Part shown: piece by piece, positions 19,618-30,911 of the stretch | How positions within the stretch are numbered: the stretch's first letter is position 1 | Layout of the letters: every line of letters starts with the position of its first letter | Source of the DNA: Polyangiaceae bacterium | Lineage (GTDB): Bacteria > Myxococcota_A > Polyangia > Polyangiales > Polyangiaceae | Direction: 5' to 3' | NCBI GenBank assembly: GCA_050287085.1 | Contig: JBNKBE010000006.1 | Coordinates: 138,381-202,380, forward strand | DNA length: 64,000 nucleotides | Position numbers and translations under genes: made by a program | Notes under the pieces: model-generated | What the model was told of the DNA's origin: nothing | Databases searched by the model: none | Seen by the model: only the letters and a program-made list of their open reading frames with translations

Positions 19618-20670
19618 ATGGCGGACAAGATCCGCTGGCTCGAAGCCGAACTCCCACGCCCCCGCGAACTGGATCCCCGTACGACGGCCCGGACGCTCCG
19701 AGTCGCCCCGGAGCTGGCCGGAACCCGTCTGGACGTCTTCCTGAAGCTCATGCTGCGCCACACCAGTCGAACGCAGGCCAAGAAGATCGCGCGCTTCGGT
19801 GCCTACTCCCCGGAGGGCAGCAAGCTGCGCCCAAACCAGCGCCTGCGAGCGGAACAACACGTTGTCCTGTGGCGTGTTCCGGTGGACGAGCTCGACCCGG
19901 ACTTGGAACTCCCCGCAGTCTACGAGGACGACGATCTCTTGGTGATCAACAAGCCTCCGGGACTGACCGTCCATCCCACCGCAAGCCACTATCACCGCAC
20001 GGTCACGCGTATCCTGGAAGCCCAACGCCCCGAGCTGCAGGTGAGCCTGGTCCATCGTCTGGACCAGGATACCAGCGGCATTCTATTGATCGCCAAACAC
20101 ACGGCGGCAGATCGCGCCTTCAAGATGCTGCTGGAAGGAACATTGCGCCTGCCGGCTGACTGCGCGACGCCGCTCCGCAAAACCTACCGGGCTATCACTT
20201 GGGGACGCCCGCCGGAGGGGTTGTGTCAGCTGCCGCTCGAACGGGACGTGGACAATCCGCTGCGCGTCAAGATGCAGGTCGCGAAGCCCAACACCGGGCT
20301 CGAGGCCTTGACTCAAATCACGGTCGTCGCCCAACGTGGGCGCTACTGCTTGGTGGAATGCGGGCTCCTTACCGGTCGTCAGCATCAGATCCGCGTGCAT
20401 CTTGCGGCGCTTGGGACGCCGGTTGTGGGTGATAGACTCTACGGCCCAGACGAACGACTGCACGCCCGAGGCGCGGATGGGGAACTCACTGATGCTGACC
20501 GTGCGCTCCTGGAGCTGCCCAGGCAAGCACTACACGCCCACCGCTACGAGTTGCCACACGCCCTCACCTTCGCGCCACTCGATCTCCGAGCGCCCCTCGC
20601 TTCCGACATGGTCGATTTCTGGGAATCAAAGGCCGAACTCGCGGACTGCGACGACGTGCCCAACCCTTGA
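19618..20670 (+). CDS. RluA-family pseudouridine synthase
   Basis: S4-like RLDVFL, VINKPPGLTVHP, catalytic HRLDQDTSG, TGRQHQIRVH, GDRLYG, RQALHA. Confidence 0.93.
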   Translation: MADKIRWLEAELPRPRELDPRTTARTLRVAPELAGTRLDVFLKLMLRHTSRTQAKKIARFGAYSPEGSKLRPNQRLRAEQHVVLWRVPVDELDPDLELPAVYEDDDLLVINKPPGLTVHPTASHYHRTVTRILEAQRPELQVSLVHRLDQDTSGILLIAKHTAADRAFKMLLEGTLRLPADCATPLRKTYRAITWGRPPEGLCQLPLERDVDNPLRVKMQVAKPNTGLEALTQITVVAQRGRYCLVECGLLTGRQHQIRVHLAALGTPVVGDRLYGPDERLHARGADGELTDADRALLELPRQALHAHRYELPHALTFAPLDLRAPLASDMVDFWESKAELADCDDVPNP

Positions 20671-20702
20671 CCGAATGGCGACTTGCCGGTACCTCGTCGG
20701 CC

Positions 20703-22262
20703 ATGCTCATTCGTCGTGCCCTGCTTTCTGTTTCCGATAAGACCGGCCTCGTGGAGCTCGCACGAGCGCTCGCTGAGCTCGGCGTCGAGCTGCTCTCCAC
20801 CGGAGGCACCTACCGGACGCTTGAGAGCGCTGGGATCCCGGTGCGCAAGGTCGACGACTACACCGCATCACCCGAGGTCATGAGCGGGCGGGTCAAGACG
20901 CTCCACCCTCGAATTCATGGCGGGATCTTGGCGCGAGAAGGCACTGACGAGAGTGACATGGCCCAGATCGGAGCGGGATTCATCGATCTGGTTGTGGTCA
21001 ACCTCTACCCTTTCGCAAGCACGCTGCAGCGCGGAGGCAGCTACGAAGAGTTGGTCGAGAACATCGACATCGGTGGCCCCAGCATGCTCCGATCCGCGGC
21101 CAAGAACCACGCCCGTGTGACTGTTCTCTGCGATCCGGACGACTATGCGAGCACGCTCGCAGAGCTCCAGCAAAACGGCCGTCTCGCAGATGAAACGCGC
21201 CGCCGTCTGGCCGCCAAGGGCTTCACCCACACCGCAGCCTACGACGCCATGATCGCCGAATGGCTAACCGGTGTGGACGAAACCGATGCTCACCCGCGCG
21301 CTCGCTTCTTCGCCCTCGAGAAGTGTTATGGCCTGCGCTACGGGGAGAACCCCCATCAGAGAGGCGCATTCTATCGGGAGCTCAGCGCACCCGCCGGTAG
21401 CTTATCCCGCGCGGAATCGATTGGCACGGGCGCCAAGGAGCTGAGCTTCAACAACCTGGTGGACGCCGACGCGGCGCTTGAAGCGGTACGCGACTTCGAC
21501 GCCCCCGCGGCGGTGGTCATCAAACACGCAAGCCCGTGCGGGGTCGCTACGGCTGACCAGCTGAAAGATGCCTACTTCGCGGCACGCGAGGCGGATGCAC
21601 TCAGCGCCTTCGGCGGCATCGTTGCGCTCAATCGCCCGGTCGATCTGGCCACGGCAGAGCTCATCGCAGAAACATTCATAGAATGCGTGATCGCTCCTGA
21701 CTTCGACGCAGACGCTTTGGGGCGACTGCAAAGCAAGAAGGCACTGCGAATTCTGCGCACCGGTGAGTCACCCGAGGACGCCCCCCTAGGTGTGCAGTTC
21801 AAGCGCATCGGCGGCGGCGTGGTGATTCAAGACCGCGATCTGGGGCGCGGCCAGGAGGTGCGAGCCGGCCGTGTCGTCACTCGAGCACAACCGACGGAAG
21901 CCCAATGGGCGGCTCTCGAGTTTGCCTGGGTGTGCTGCAAACATGTTAAGAGCAATGCCATTGTATTGGCGAGCCCAAGCGCGAACGGCGGCTATGCCAC
22001 CGTCGGCGTCGGCGGCGGGCAAACATCTCGCGTTGGGGCGGTCAAGAACGCCTGCGAAGGCGCCGGCGAGAAGGCGCGCGGGGCGGTGTTAGCCAGCGAT
22101 GCGTTCTTTCCCTTCCCCGACGGGCTTCAGGCCGCGATCGACGCGGGCGTAGCCGCCGTTGTTCAACCGGGTGGCAGCAAGCAAGACGAGTCGGTCATCG
22201 CTGCGGCAGACGCCGCCGGCATCGCGATGGTATTCACAGGACTTCGGCACTTCCGACACTGA
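20703..22262 (+). CDS. purH: Bifunctional AICAR transformylase / IMP cyclohydrolase
   Basis: RALLSVSDKTG, GRVKTLHP, ENIDIGGP, LRYGENPHQ, KHVKSNAI, ASDAFFPF, TGLRHFRH. Confidence 0.97.
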   Translation: MLIRRALLSVSDKTGLVELARALAELGVELLSTGGTYRTLESAGIPVRKVDDYTASPEVMSGRVKTLHPRIHGGILAREGTDESDMAQIGAGFIDLVVVNLYPFASTLQRGGSYEELVENIDIGGPSMLRSAAKNHARVTVLCDPDDYASTLAELQQNGRLADETRRRLAAKGFTHTAAYDAMIAEWLTGVDETDAHPRARFFALEKCYGLRYGENPHQRGAFYRELSAPAGSLSRAESIGTGAKELSFNNLVDADAALEAVRDFDAPAAVVIKHASPCGVATADQLKDAYFAAREADALSAFGGIVALNRPVDLATAELIAETFIECVIAPDFDADALGRLQSKKALRILRTGESPEDAPLGVQFKRIGGGVVIQDRDLGRGQEVRAGRVVTRAQPTEAQWAALEFAWVCCKHVKSNAIVLASPSANGGYATVGVGGGQTSRVGAVKNACEGAGEKARGAVLASDAFFPFPDGLQAAIDAGVAAVVQPGGSKQDESVIAAADAAGIAMVFTGLRHFRH

Positions 22263-22347
22263 GCCAATACGAGCGCTGCGCTGAGGATGCCGGGCAACGG
22301 ACACTCAGCGCTATCGCGGCGGCCACAGCACACCGTTCGCGGGCTCA

Positions 22348-22917
22348 TCAGTGCGTCGGGTCGCCCAAGCTCTCGCTAGCGGCCAACTGCTCCTCGACCA
22401 ACGCCCTCAGTCGAGCGCGCGGTCCCTTCGCCTTGCCGCCGGCCTGCTCAATGGCACGCACCGCTTGACGCAGTTCGGACACGGGCGTTCTAGGGTGCTG
22501 GGCGAGGAAATCACTAAACGCTTCCGCATCACCAGAGACAAGACGCTCAACCCAAGCTCCACCGGGCGAGAGCGCAACGTTCGGCGCGCCCCGCCCAGGA
22601 TTGGCCAGCTCATCTACCACATCCCGCAAGGGCTCCCAGTCGATGGCCTTGAGCGCACGGCGGATGAGCTTCATCTGACGATTGAGCGCGGGTGGACTCG
22701 TGATCCGCCGCGCCGTCACGACGGCCTCAAGGACGCTTTCGTCGAGTTCCAAGCGGCGAAACTGCTTCTCGGGCAGCGATGTCAAAGCGCGAGCAAGCGC
22801 GATCAGCGCGTCGGCCTCTTGTCGGCGTTCGGTCCTGGCGTCAGAGCGGGAGCGCAAGTCGCGATCGTCCGCTTCCGCCTTCTCGTGCTCGCGAAGCACA
22901 TCCTGCAGCTTTCTCAT
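22348..22917 (-). CDS. darP: Ribosome-associated protein DarP/YjgA (DUF615) family
   Basis: SRS..R.E...L..LA.AL..L...F..LEL...V.EAV..ARRITS..A..RQ pattern, then W.ERL....F..F...HP. Confidence 0.75.
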   Translation of the reverse strand: MRKLQDVLREHEKAEADDRDLRSRSDARTERRQEADALIALARALTSLPEKQFRRLELDESVLEAVVTARRITSPPALNRQMKLIRRALKAIDWEPLRDVVDELANPGRGAPNVALSPGGAWVERLVSGDAEAFSDFLAQHPRTPVSELRQAVRAIEQAGGKAKGPRARLRALVEEQLAASESLGDPTH

Positions 22918-23386
22918 GCGTAGTCCGGCTGCCTCTATCCGTCATGACCGAAGGAAATGCAAGGAGACCGCCCCGCGATGCCGTCCGGCTCGGGGAAGCG
23001 AGCTTGCTCGCTCCCCGCTCTTTGGGGTTCGGCCGGTAGGAGGGGGTTCGATTTTTGGGGGCCTCCTTTCGTCGCGGCCCCATCGCGCGCCACATCTGCC
23101 AGCCAAGGTCCATCAGCGCCAGCTCGACTGCCTCGGCATCCGACGTAGCCTTGGAGCAGGACCGCCATGCACATCATCGCCGGAGGGTGCGGCGGATCGC
23201 TAGCCCCGTTGGCCGATACATGTCCTCCAGCTGAGCTTGGCTCCTCCAGCTGTGCTTGGAAGGCATCTTGTCCCCTCCGCGATGGGTTCCGCACTTTTTT
23301 TGGCCGCCGCGAGACGTCCGTGCCATGGCAGCGCACGAGCTTTCGATAACTATTTGCGTGAACGCATATTTGCTACCGGAAAGAAC

Positions 23387-24543
23387 ATGGCCGATCTCCT
23401 CCAAAAATGCTCCGTTTGCTCGCAGCAATTTCATGTGCAGTTCAGCTACCAGATGGAAGAGGCGCGAACGGAAGGCGGAGGCGAACCCAGCGTCGGATTT
23501 CGCTTCTTTTGCTCCCGAGAATGCGTCGCACGCAGCCACGGTCAGAGCTCGGGCCTCGTTCCGTGCAGCGCATGTGGCACCGCCTTTCAGCTGACACACG
23601 CCTCACAGGTGCTCTTCATCAACAGGCAACGCAACTACGCCTGCCAGGAAGCGTGCCGAAAGCAACTCCTTGACGAAGCCCAAGGCGTTCGCCTGGGCCA
23701 GGTTGCGCGTAGCGATGCACCGGAATCCATCGCGGCACAATCGAGCCCGCGAGTCATTGCTGTCTTCAACCACAAGGGGGGGACCGGCAAGACGACAACA
23801 GCTGTCACTCTGGCCGCAGGTCTCGCCGAGCGAGGCATGCGAACGCTGCTGGTCGACACCGACGCCCAGGGCAACGTCGGTGTGTCCTTGGGCATCAAGG
23901 CGCAGCGTTCCTTGTATCACGTCTTGGTCATGGGGCTGAAGCTCTCGGAGGCGGCGCAGAATGCTCGTCCCAATCTTGATGTTCTTCCCGCCAATGAAAC
24001 CCTGGCCGCCGCAGAGCTCTATTTGGCCGGTCGCAAGAACCGCGATCGGGTCCTCTCGGCGCGTCTGGCTCCCGCGCGGGAAAGCTACGACTACGTCGTC
24101 GTCGACTGTTCGCCAAGCCTATCGCTGCTGAATCAAAACGCGCTGGCTTTTGCCGATGCCGTGTTGTGTCCCGTCGCTTGTGACTATCTCTCGCTCGTTG
24201 GCGTGCGACAGGTGGTCAAGACCATCAAGAACGTCAACCGACTACTGGGGCATCCCGTGCGCCTGTGGGGGGTATTGCCCACACTTTACGACCGGCGTGC
24301 CCGCATCTGTCACGAGGCCTTGGAGACGCTGCGGGAACACTTTGGCGACCGCTGCCTGGAGCCCATCCGCGCGGCCATCCGCGTAAAAGAAGCGCCCTCG
24401 CAAGCGCTCACGCTATTCGAGTACGCGGCCGGCAGCAGTGCCACCGAAGACTACAGAAAGGTCGTCGACCGGCTCTTGCTCGAGGCCGGCAACGCTACGC
24501 AACTTGCCGCGCCCGTCGCGGTATCGGCATACCAGGAGGCGAT

Positions 24544-24547
<4 letters not shown>
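23387..24547 (+). CDS. ParA/Soj-family ATPase with N-terminal tandem Cys-rich (TRASH/MYM-like) fingers
   Basis: Deviant Walker A KGGTGKTT, LVDTDAQGN, DYVVVDCSPSL; N-terminal CSVC..FFCSREC and CSAC..YACQEAC. Confidence 0.9.
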
Positions 24548-24858
<311 letters not shown>

Positions 24859-25022
24859 TCCCCAGCTTCCGCGACCGCTGCGGTCGATGACTCGCAGGTG
24901 ATGTAGCGTGCACCTTTCCCGATGCTGCCGTTCGGGAGGGGCGCTCCGCGTAGCGCGGCAGTCTCGGCGCCACCTGCCAAGACGGTGGCGCTAGGTCACC
25001 TCCCCCCTAGCATCGGTGAAAG

Positions 25023-26093
25023 ATGTCGTTTGGTGATGAACCGCCGCAGGACGTGGCTTCGCGACTGGGCATTTCCAGAGCCGCAGCCGAGCTCTTTCAC
25101 GACGCAGAAGTCATCGATCTCCACCTCGATTCCTATATCTGGAGTCGCGTCTTTCGCTACGACCTCCAACGCAGACATGGCCCCGGGCCCTTCGGCGGAC
25201 GTTTCCTCAGCCAAGTGGATGTCCCACGCCTCATCCAGGTGGGCGTCGACGCAGCAACCTGGGTGGTGACCACCAACCCCTTTCGCTCCGAAGCGGGACG
25301 GACCCGTGCCCTACGTGTCAATCTCGATCGATTGGTGCAGGAGTTGGAGCTGAGCCCGCGAGTGCGTCTGGTCCGCGACGTGTCGACCTACCGCGCCGCC
25401 CGTGCCAGCGGGTGTCATGCGGCCTTCGTGGGACTTCAGGGCGGCAACGCGCTGGGGATCTCCGAGGAACACGACGCGGCCCTGGCGAGCGGTCTGATCC
25501 TGCGCGTGACATTGCTGCATCTCACGCGTTCTCACCTCGGTTCGCCCAGCACTTGCAGCACTACTAGGGGCGCAGGCTTGTCTGCGGCGGGCTGCCAGCT
25601 GATAGAGCGGCTCAACGCACACCGCGTCTTCGTCGACTTAGCGCACATCAGCCGCGACGGGTTCTTTCGCGCTCTCGACGTGCATAGCCGGGCTATCCCT
25701 CCCATTGTCACACACACCGGACTGAGTGGGGTTACCCCGAGCTGGCGCAACCTCGACGACGCTCAGCTCCGCGCCATTGCCGACCGCGGGGGGCTTGTCG
25801 GCGTTCTATTTCACAGCCCATATCTGGGCGACGGAACGATCGCCGGGCACTTTCGCTCCTCCTACGAGCGCATCGTCGATCATATCGACCATGTCGTGCG
25901 AAGCGTCGGAGACGAACACGTCTCCCTTGGCTCCGACTTTGACGGCTTCATCAGCCCGCCCCGGGACCTGAGGACCTGCTTGGAGCTGCCACGTCTCGTC
26001 GAGGGCATGCTGCAGCGCGGCTACGGCGAAACCCGAATTCGTCGTATCCTCGGGGGCAATTTCTTGCGCGTTCTTGCCGAGCTGCGAGGATAG
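25023..26093 (+). CDS. Membrane dipeptidase (M19, amidohydrolase fold)
   Basis: IDLHLD, QVDVPRL, FVDLAH, VTHT, RNLDDAQLRAIA, DHIDH, LGSDFDG, ILGGNFLRV. Confidence 0.9.
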   Translation: MSFGDEPPQDVASRLGISRAAAELFHDAEVIDLHLDSYIWSRVFRYDLQRRHGPGPFGGRFLSQVDVPRLIQVGVDAATWVVTTNPFRSEAGRTRALRVNLDRLVQELELSPRVRLVRDVSTYRAARASGCHAAFVGLQGGNALGISEEHDAALASGLILRVTLLHLTRSHLGSPSTCSTTRGAGLSAAGCQLIERLNAHRVFVDLAHISRDGFFRALDVHSRAIPPIVTHTGLSGVTPSWRNLDDAQLRAIADRGGLVGVLFHSPYLGDGTIAGHFRSSYERIVDHIDHVVRSVGDEHVSLGSDFDGFISPPRDLRTCLELPRLVEGMLQRGYGETRIRRILGGNFLRVLAELRG

Positions 26094-26117
26094 GGCGAAG
26101 CCGCCCCATTTCCCCCG

Positions 26118-26789
26118 CTAGAGGGTGAAGTCCCCAACCGGCTCGTACTCTGGGCCACCCAGAAGGTCGGCGTGCCATTCTCCTGCCGCTTCTTCGTCGG
26201 ACTCGCCGTCCTCGAGCTCCGCATCACTGCGCTCCTGCCCCATGTCGAGCAACTCCTCGCGACTCAGGCGCGGCAGTCGACGCTTGCCCTGCGGACCTTC
26301 GTCGACGAACTCACGGAGCGCGTCCATGTCTCGGATTGCCTCCAACTTGGCCAGCGCTTTGACTTCAACTTGCCGAATGCGCTCCCGCGTCAGGTTCATG
26401 ATGGCTCCCACGTCCTCGAGGGTCGTTCCCCCTCGATCGGCTACGTCTAGGGCGCAGGACTCACCCATTTGCCAGATCTCCAGATCCGGAAAATTCAGCT
26501 TGATCGCTCCGGTACGCGGAGAAACATCAATGTACAAATGGTGCTGACACGAAACATAGGGACAAGGCCGGGGCCCGCCTTCGCATTCAACGCGGGACCG
26601 AGGCTTCCAGTAATCGTCTTCAGGATAGAGCTGGCGCCCCACCTCCAGCTCACGTTTCGTCATTCTCTTGACGCTAATCGTCCGAGCGCGTACTGCTCGC
26701 TTGCGCCGTGAGCGTCGCTGCTCCCGTGTGATAGGCTCATCACCGTCGAGTTCGTTCGTCTTGATAGTCGACTGAGCTGGTTCCGCCAT
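26118..26789 (-). CDS. Sigma70 region-4-like HTH protein with Cys-rich N-terminal motif
   Basis: [27 protein letters not shown] resembles RpoD region 4.2; preceded by [14 protein letters not shown]...C; no sigma region 2 visible. Confidence 0.85.
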   Translation of the reverse strand: MAEPAQSTIKTNELDGDEPITREQRRSRRKRAVRARTISVKRMTKRELEVGRQLYPEDDYWKPRSRVECEGGPRPCPYVSCQHHLYIDVSPRTGAIKLNFPDLEIWQMGESCALDVADRGGTTLEDVGAIMNLTRERIRQVEVKALAKLEAIRDMDALREFVDEGPQGKRRLPRLSREELLDMGQERSDAELEDGESDEEAAGEWHADLLGGPEYEPVGDFTL

Positions 26790-27081
26790 GCTGTTCACTT
26801 CCCCAATTTTAGCTAGGTCGAGCGCCCCCCGCTGACCGAATCCGGGTGGTTTGTCGTGCAACTACCGCAGCGCGGCAGGTTGCTAACTATCGGCCGCTCC
26901 CTAGCTCACGAGCGTGGTGCGACCTGTTAACCTGAATGTTTGCCCCACAGCGTCACGGTGGAAAACACCTTCAGCAGGAACGCGACGAAACATAGCTAGC
27001 ACCGGAAGGACGCTCAAAGCCTTTCTCGACAGAATTTTGAGACACACGCGATAGAGTCCATACAGCAGGACCTCGCGCGCA

Positions 27082-27106
27082 TGGTGTGACAAATAATGTC
27101 ACACCA
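27082..27106. promoter_or_regulatory. Perfect 10-bp inverted repeat, probable transcription-factor operator
   Basis: TGGTGTGACA-AATAA-TGTCACACCA in an AT-richer divergent intergenic region. Confidence 0.6.
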
Positions 27107-27437
27107 AAAGATTGTCCATGGAGCTCATTTGGTGTCCATCGTGCCGGCTCTGCCAACGCCGCTCCCACCACCGCCCCGGGGTGGGCAGCCAAAACGATGA
27201 AGACAGCCACCCTACCTTGTAGGCGTTCAGGCCACCAATTTATGGCGGGACGCAAGCGGATGCTGGCGGGTTGAGCAAGCGCGCCACTCCAGCTCCGCCG
27301 TAGCTGGGCCCCCCATTGCCCCCCTACAGGCTCAAGTTGGGCCCTGCGGCCCTCTGCGTTCTGTCCGGTTCGCCCCACACCAATCAGGGGCCCTTCCAGG
27401 ACACAGCGTCGGTGGACCTGTGATACCCTACGACTCC

Positions 27438-28274
27438 GTGAAGGCACTCACCACGCGAGATGTCAAGAGCAGCGGGATTCGGCTGCGCGTCACCGACGTG
27501 GGGGAAGGGCCAGTGCTCGTGCTGCTCCACAGCGCACTGCTCAACCGAAAGAGCTGGGAGCCCATCCAAGAAGCGTTGAGCCAAGAGTTTCGCTTGATAA
27601 TTCCCGACCTTCCGGGATTCGGAGAAAGTGAGAAGCCCGCTGCCAGTCGCTTTGCGTACACATTCGATGCGTTTCGAGGCGTGGTTACCGACCTGTTTGC
27701 GGGTCTGCAACTAGGGCAAGCACACCTCGTCGGACACGGCCTGGGTGCGTCCATTGCTCTCGGGATCGCAGCGCACCACGCCGAACTCGTCGACCGACTG
27801 GTTCTGTTGGATGCCCACTGCTATCGGACGGGTCAGGACATTGCGCGCAGGCTGGCCGGGATGCCCTTGGCCGGCGGACTTCTATTCAAGCAGCTGCTGG
27901 GCAAAGCGGCGTTCCGCCGATACTTCCGCGACGTGCTCTGCGCCGATCCAAGCCGCATACCCGGAGCTCGCGCCGACGCATTTTTCGAAACGCTAGCGCC
28001 CCCCGAAGGACGGGGCAGCGCACTGCTCACCCTGCGCAACACCAACGACTCCCGCTCCGTCGTCGCGCAGCTGTCTCGTATTGTTACGCCTACCCTGGTA
28101 CTGTGGGGACGTCACGACCGCGTGTGCAGCGCCTCTCTCGGACGGAGAATGGCACGAGAAATCCGGGGAGCGGGTTTCGAGCTGCTGGACGCGGGACACC
28201 TGCCCCATGAAGAAGCACCGGATGCCGTGGCGCAACGGCTGACGGACTTCTGCCATCAGCGTCGCGCCGGATAG
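27438..28274 (+). CDS. Alpha/beta-hydrolase fold protein (nucleophile position is Gly)
   Basis: GEGPVLVLLH, PDLPGFGES, HLVGHGLG, PTLVLWGRHD, AGHLPHEE. Confidence 0.9.
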   Translation: MKALTTRDVKSSGIRLRVTDVGEGPVLVLLHSALLNRKSWEPIQEALSQEFRLIIPDLPGFGESEKPAASRFAYTFDAFRGVVTDLFAGLQLGQAHLVGHGLGASIALGIAAHHAELVDRLVLLDAHCYRTGQDIARRLAGMPLAGGLLFKQLLGKAAFRRYFRDVLCADPSRIPGARADAFFETLAPPEGRGSALLTLRNTNDSRSVVAQLSRIVTPTLVLWGRHDRVCSASLGRRMAREIRGAGFELLDAGHLPHEEAPDAVAQRLTDFCHQRRAG

Positions 28275-28303
28275 GGCACAAAGACCCTGGACTCAGCGGA
28301 ACC

Positions 28304-30880
28304 TCATTCCGAGGGAAAGGCTGCCACAGGCGGCTTAGTCTTAGGCGGAGGCAAGCGCAGCTTCTTGCGCTTGGGGGCCACGCCCCGCGGCGCTAAGCCC
28401 ACACCGGCCGACGGAACACTCAGCAAGTCCGCCTCCGCCGCAGCTGAACTCACCGCCGCGGCCGGCGCAACCGGCGAGCTTGCACCTGTTGCCGTGGGCG
28501 CAGGCTCAGCCTCGCCTTCGGCCCCATCATCCGGCGCGGCTTCGGTCTCAAGGGGCGGCTCAGGGGCGGCCTCCGCCACCATGGCGCCCGTTCCGGCCGG
28601 CGTCACAGGACTGTGGGGCGAGATAGCCGCGGTCGTCTCCCCGGGAAGAGCAGCCGGTGTCTCACTCCGTTGGCGCAAGAGCAGCCAGCCACCAAACAGC
28701 ACCGCAAGCGCTCCCAGCGAGACGAAGAGAGCTCGATTCCCGCCGCTTCTTGACGGTACACCCGCAATGATCAGAACGTCATCGGTCGCTGGCGCCATAG
28801 AGCCGTGGGGGGCGTCAAAGAACTCCTCGAACTCAGCCTCCGAGCCAACGTCGGGCTGAGAAGACTCGCGCGCAGACTCCTGCGAGGCTGAGGTCTCGGG
28901 CTCATCGTGGGGGTCGGCTTCGCCCTGGGCGGCACCCAGCGCGGCCGCAGCCCGCGGCTCCGCGTCGGGTGGCGTCGCTTCAGCAATAGCTCGAGCCGGC
29001 AATCCCCCCCCCGCTCGCTCGTCCCCGCTGGGTGGCGGAGGCGTTGAGGAGGTCGCTTTGGGATCGACGGGACTCACGAACCCGAGCAGGGTCTTGTGCT
29101 TGCGCACCTCATCAGCCTCGGGCTGTTGCGCCGGGCTAGTGTCGACGACATAGCCGGCCGGCGGCTTCGGCTCGTCACCGAGTCGACCTACAGCCGGCGG
29201 TGGCACCGACGCCCCTGGCGCCTGTGCTACCCCAGAGCCATCAGGCGGCTCTCGAGTCGCGGACACCTGCGGGCTCCTGGGCTCGTTCGAGGCGCCGGCG
29301 GTCGGGATTCCCATCAGCGTTGGATGCAGGCTGGAGCGCACGTCGCGCGCGGGGGTTGATGCTGCCTGCCTCCTATCTTCAGGGGGCAGGGTGGGAGCTG
29401 CCGCCGGGGCGCCCACCTCACCCACTCCCCTGCCAGTAGCCGCAGGGGAAACGTTGGAGACCGATGACGAGCCCCCTCCGTAGCCCGGTGGGGGGCCGAG
29501 GACAGGCGCCAAACCGAGCCGGGTGGTGGATACGTCGCGCTTCAACGTGCGCGCGATCTGACGCTCATCCTCATCTGGCGGGACCAGAGAGAAGGGTTCA
29601 GGCCGTGCGGATGGAGTCGGCAGGGCAGCGCTGCGCTCGGCCGGACGAAGTGTCGGCACCGAAGGCTCCGGCTCCCGGAGGGGCAGCGGATCCGTGCGCC
29701 GCTCAGACTCCGAGCGGGCCTGGGACCGATGCGTGCTGCTTCCGTGTCCCGCAGGCGGCAGTCCTCCGGATGGCATTCCACTCGTGGGTCCGTCCGGGTG
29801 AGCCCCCGCGCTGTCACGAGGTTTCAGAAACTCCCGCTCTGAATAGACGGAGGGCACCGATGGCCTCAAGGAGCGCCGCATTGCGCCGGCGCTCGACTTC
29901 GGTGCGCTCAGCGGTGACAGCTCACCCTGCCCGGAATGAATCTGTCGCAACAGCCCTTCGAAGTACAGCTTCGAGACAACTGTCAGCGTAGACAGATCGT
30001 CGAAGGGCGATTCGTCGATGACCCCCGAGAGCGAACGCGTGCCGTCGAGCAGCCGCACGATCGGGTTCAACTCATCCGGCAGCTCACCAATCCGCTCCAA
30101 GAGCCGCTCCGAGTCGACCTCAAATACGGCAGAAAGCGTCGGCAGTTGTTCGGACAGACGCCCCCACTCATCCATTCGGCGCATCCCCTCCATGAGCAGC
30201 GCCTGGGTTGTGGTCGTGATCGTCTCTTCGACCTCAACCGGCCCAAAATCAACGACGAAACTTCCCCCCGTCCACAGCAGCGTTCTGTACACCGCTTCTT
30301 CACCCTGCAGTCGCCCGAGTTCAGCGTTGACCGTCTGTCCCGCGACGAAATGGATGACCGCTTCTTGACCGCCGCAGGCGATCGTTGCGGTCCCGCTCTT
30401 GCGACTTGCCTCGATCGTCTGCAGCAGATCAACAACCCCCATGTCCTCGAGCGTGCCCGAAAGCTGCATCCGGGTGGCCCCCGTCGTGGACACCAGCCGG
30501 CGTTGCGTCTGCCTAGCCAGAAGCATGTTGACGCGATTTATCAGCTCACGAACGATCGGCGGCTTGATGAGGTAGTCATCGGCCCCCAGAGCAATGCCTC
30601 GCAGCTTGTCATCCAAGGAATCCGTAGAGGCCAGAAATACTATGGGTACGGTCGCGAGTTCCGGACGGGCTCGCACCGTCTTCGTTAACTCAAATCCGTC
30701 AAGGCGAGGCAAACGCGTGTCTGTTAGGATCAGGTCCGGCGTGCCGTACGCCAATTTGTCGAGCGCGTCCGCGCCATCGGTCGCGAGGGTCACCATGAAG
30801 CCCTCGTTCTTGAGGCTGACTTCCAATAAGCGAACCGATCGCGGATCGGCGTCAACGAGTAGAATCTGGGGTTTTGCCAT
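28304..30880 (-). CDS. Response regulator: REC + DUF4388-like + wHTH + long disordered linker + C-terminal TM
   Basis: [39 protein letters not shown]...KSG...[33 protein letters not shown]. Confidence 0.85.
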   Translation of the reverse strand: MAKPQILLVDADPRSVRLLEVSLKNEGFMVTLATDGADALDKLAYGTPDLILTDTRLPRLDGFELTKTVRARPELATVPIVFLASTDSLDDKLRGIALGADDYLIKPPIVRELINRVNMLLARQTQRRLVSTTGATRMQLSGTLEDMGVVDLLQTIEASRKSGTATIACGGQEAVIHFVAGQTVNAELGRLQGEEAVYRTLLWTGGSFVVDFGPVEVEETITTTTQALLMEGMRRMDEWGRLSEQLPTLSAVFEVDSERLLERIGELPDELNPIVRLLDGTRSLSGVIDESPFDDLSTLTVVSKLYFEGLLRQIHSGQGELSPLSAPKSSAGAMRRSLRPSVPSVYSEREFLKPRDSAGAHPDGPTSGMPSGGLPPAGHGSSTHRSQARSESERRTDPLPLREPEPSVPTLRPAERSAALPTPSARPEPFSLVPPDEDERQIARTLKRDVSTTRLGLAPVLGPPPGYGGGSSSVSNVSPAATGRGVGEVGAPAAAPTLPPEDRRQAASTPARDVRSSLHPTLMGIPTAGASNEPRSPQVSATREPPDGSGVAQAPGASVPPPAVGRLGDEPKPPAGYVVDTSPAQQPEADEVRKHKTLLGFVSPVDPKATSSTPPPPSGDERAGGGLPARAIAEATPPDAEPRAAAALGAAQGEADPHDEPETSASQESARESSQPDVGSEAEFEEFFDAPHGSMAPATDDVLIIAGVPSRSGGNRALFVSLGALAVLFGGWLLLRQRSETPAALPGETTAAISPHSPVTPAGTGAMVAEAAPEPPLETEAAPDDGAEGEAEPAPTATGASSPVAPAAAVSSAAAEADLLSVPSAGVGLAPRGVAPKRKKLRLPPPKTKPPVAAFPSE

Positions 30881-30911
30881 GACGAGTCAGCCTGCAGCCT
30901 AGCGAAAAGCG

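Noticed and set aside
22918..23386. Structured RNA (SRP-like TCATGACCGAAGGAAATGC; hairpin GGGGAAGCGAGC-TT-GCTCGCTCCCC)
   Set aside because: Poor match to the SRP domain IV consensus and no enclosing helix found. An Rfam scan would settle it.
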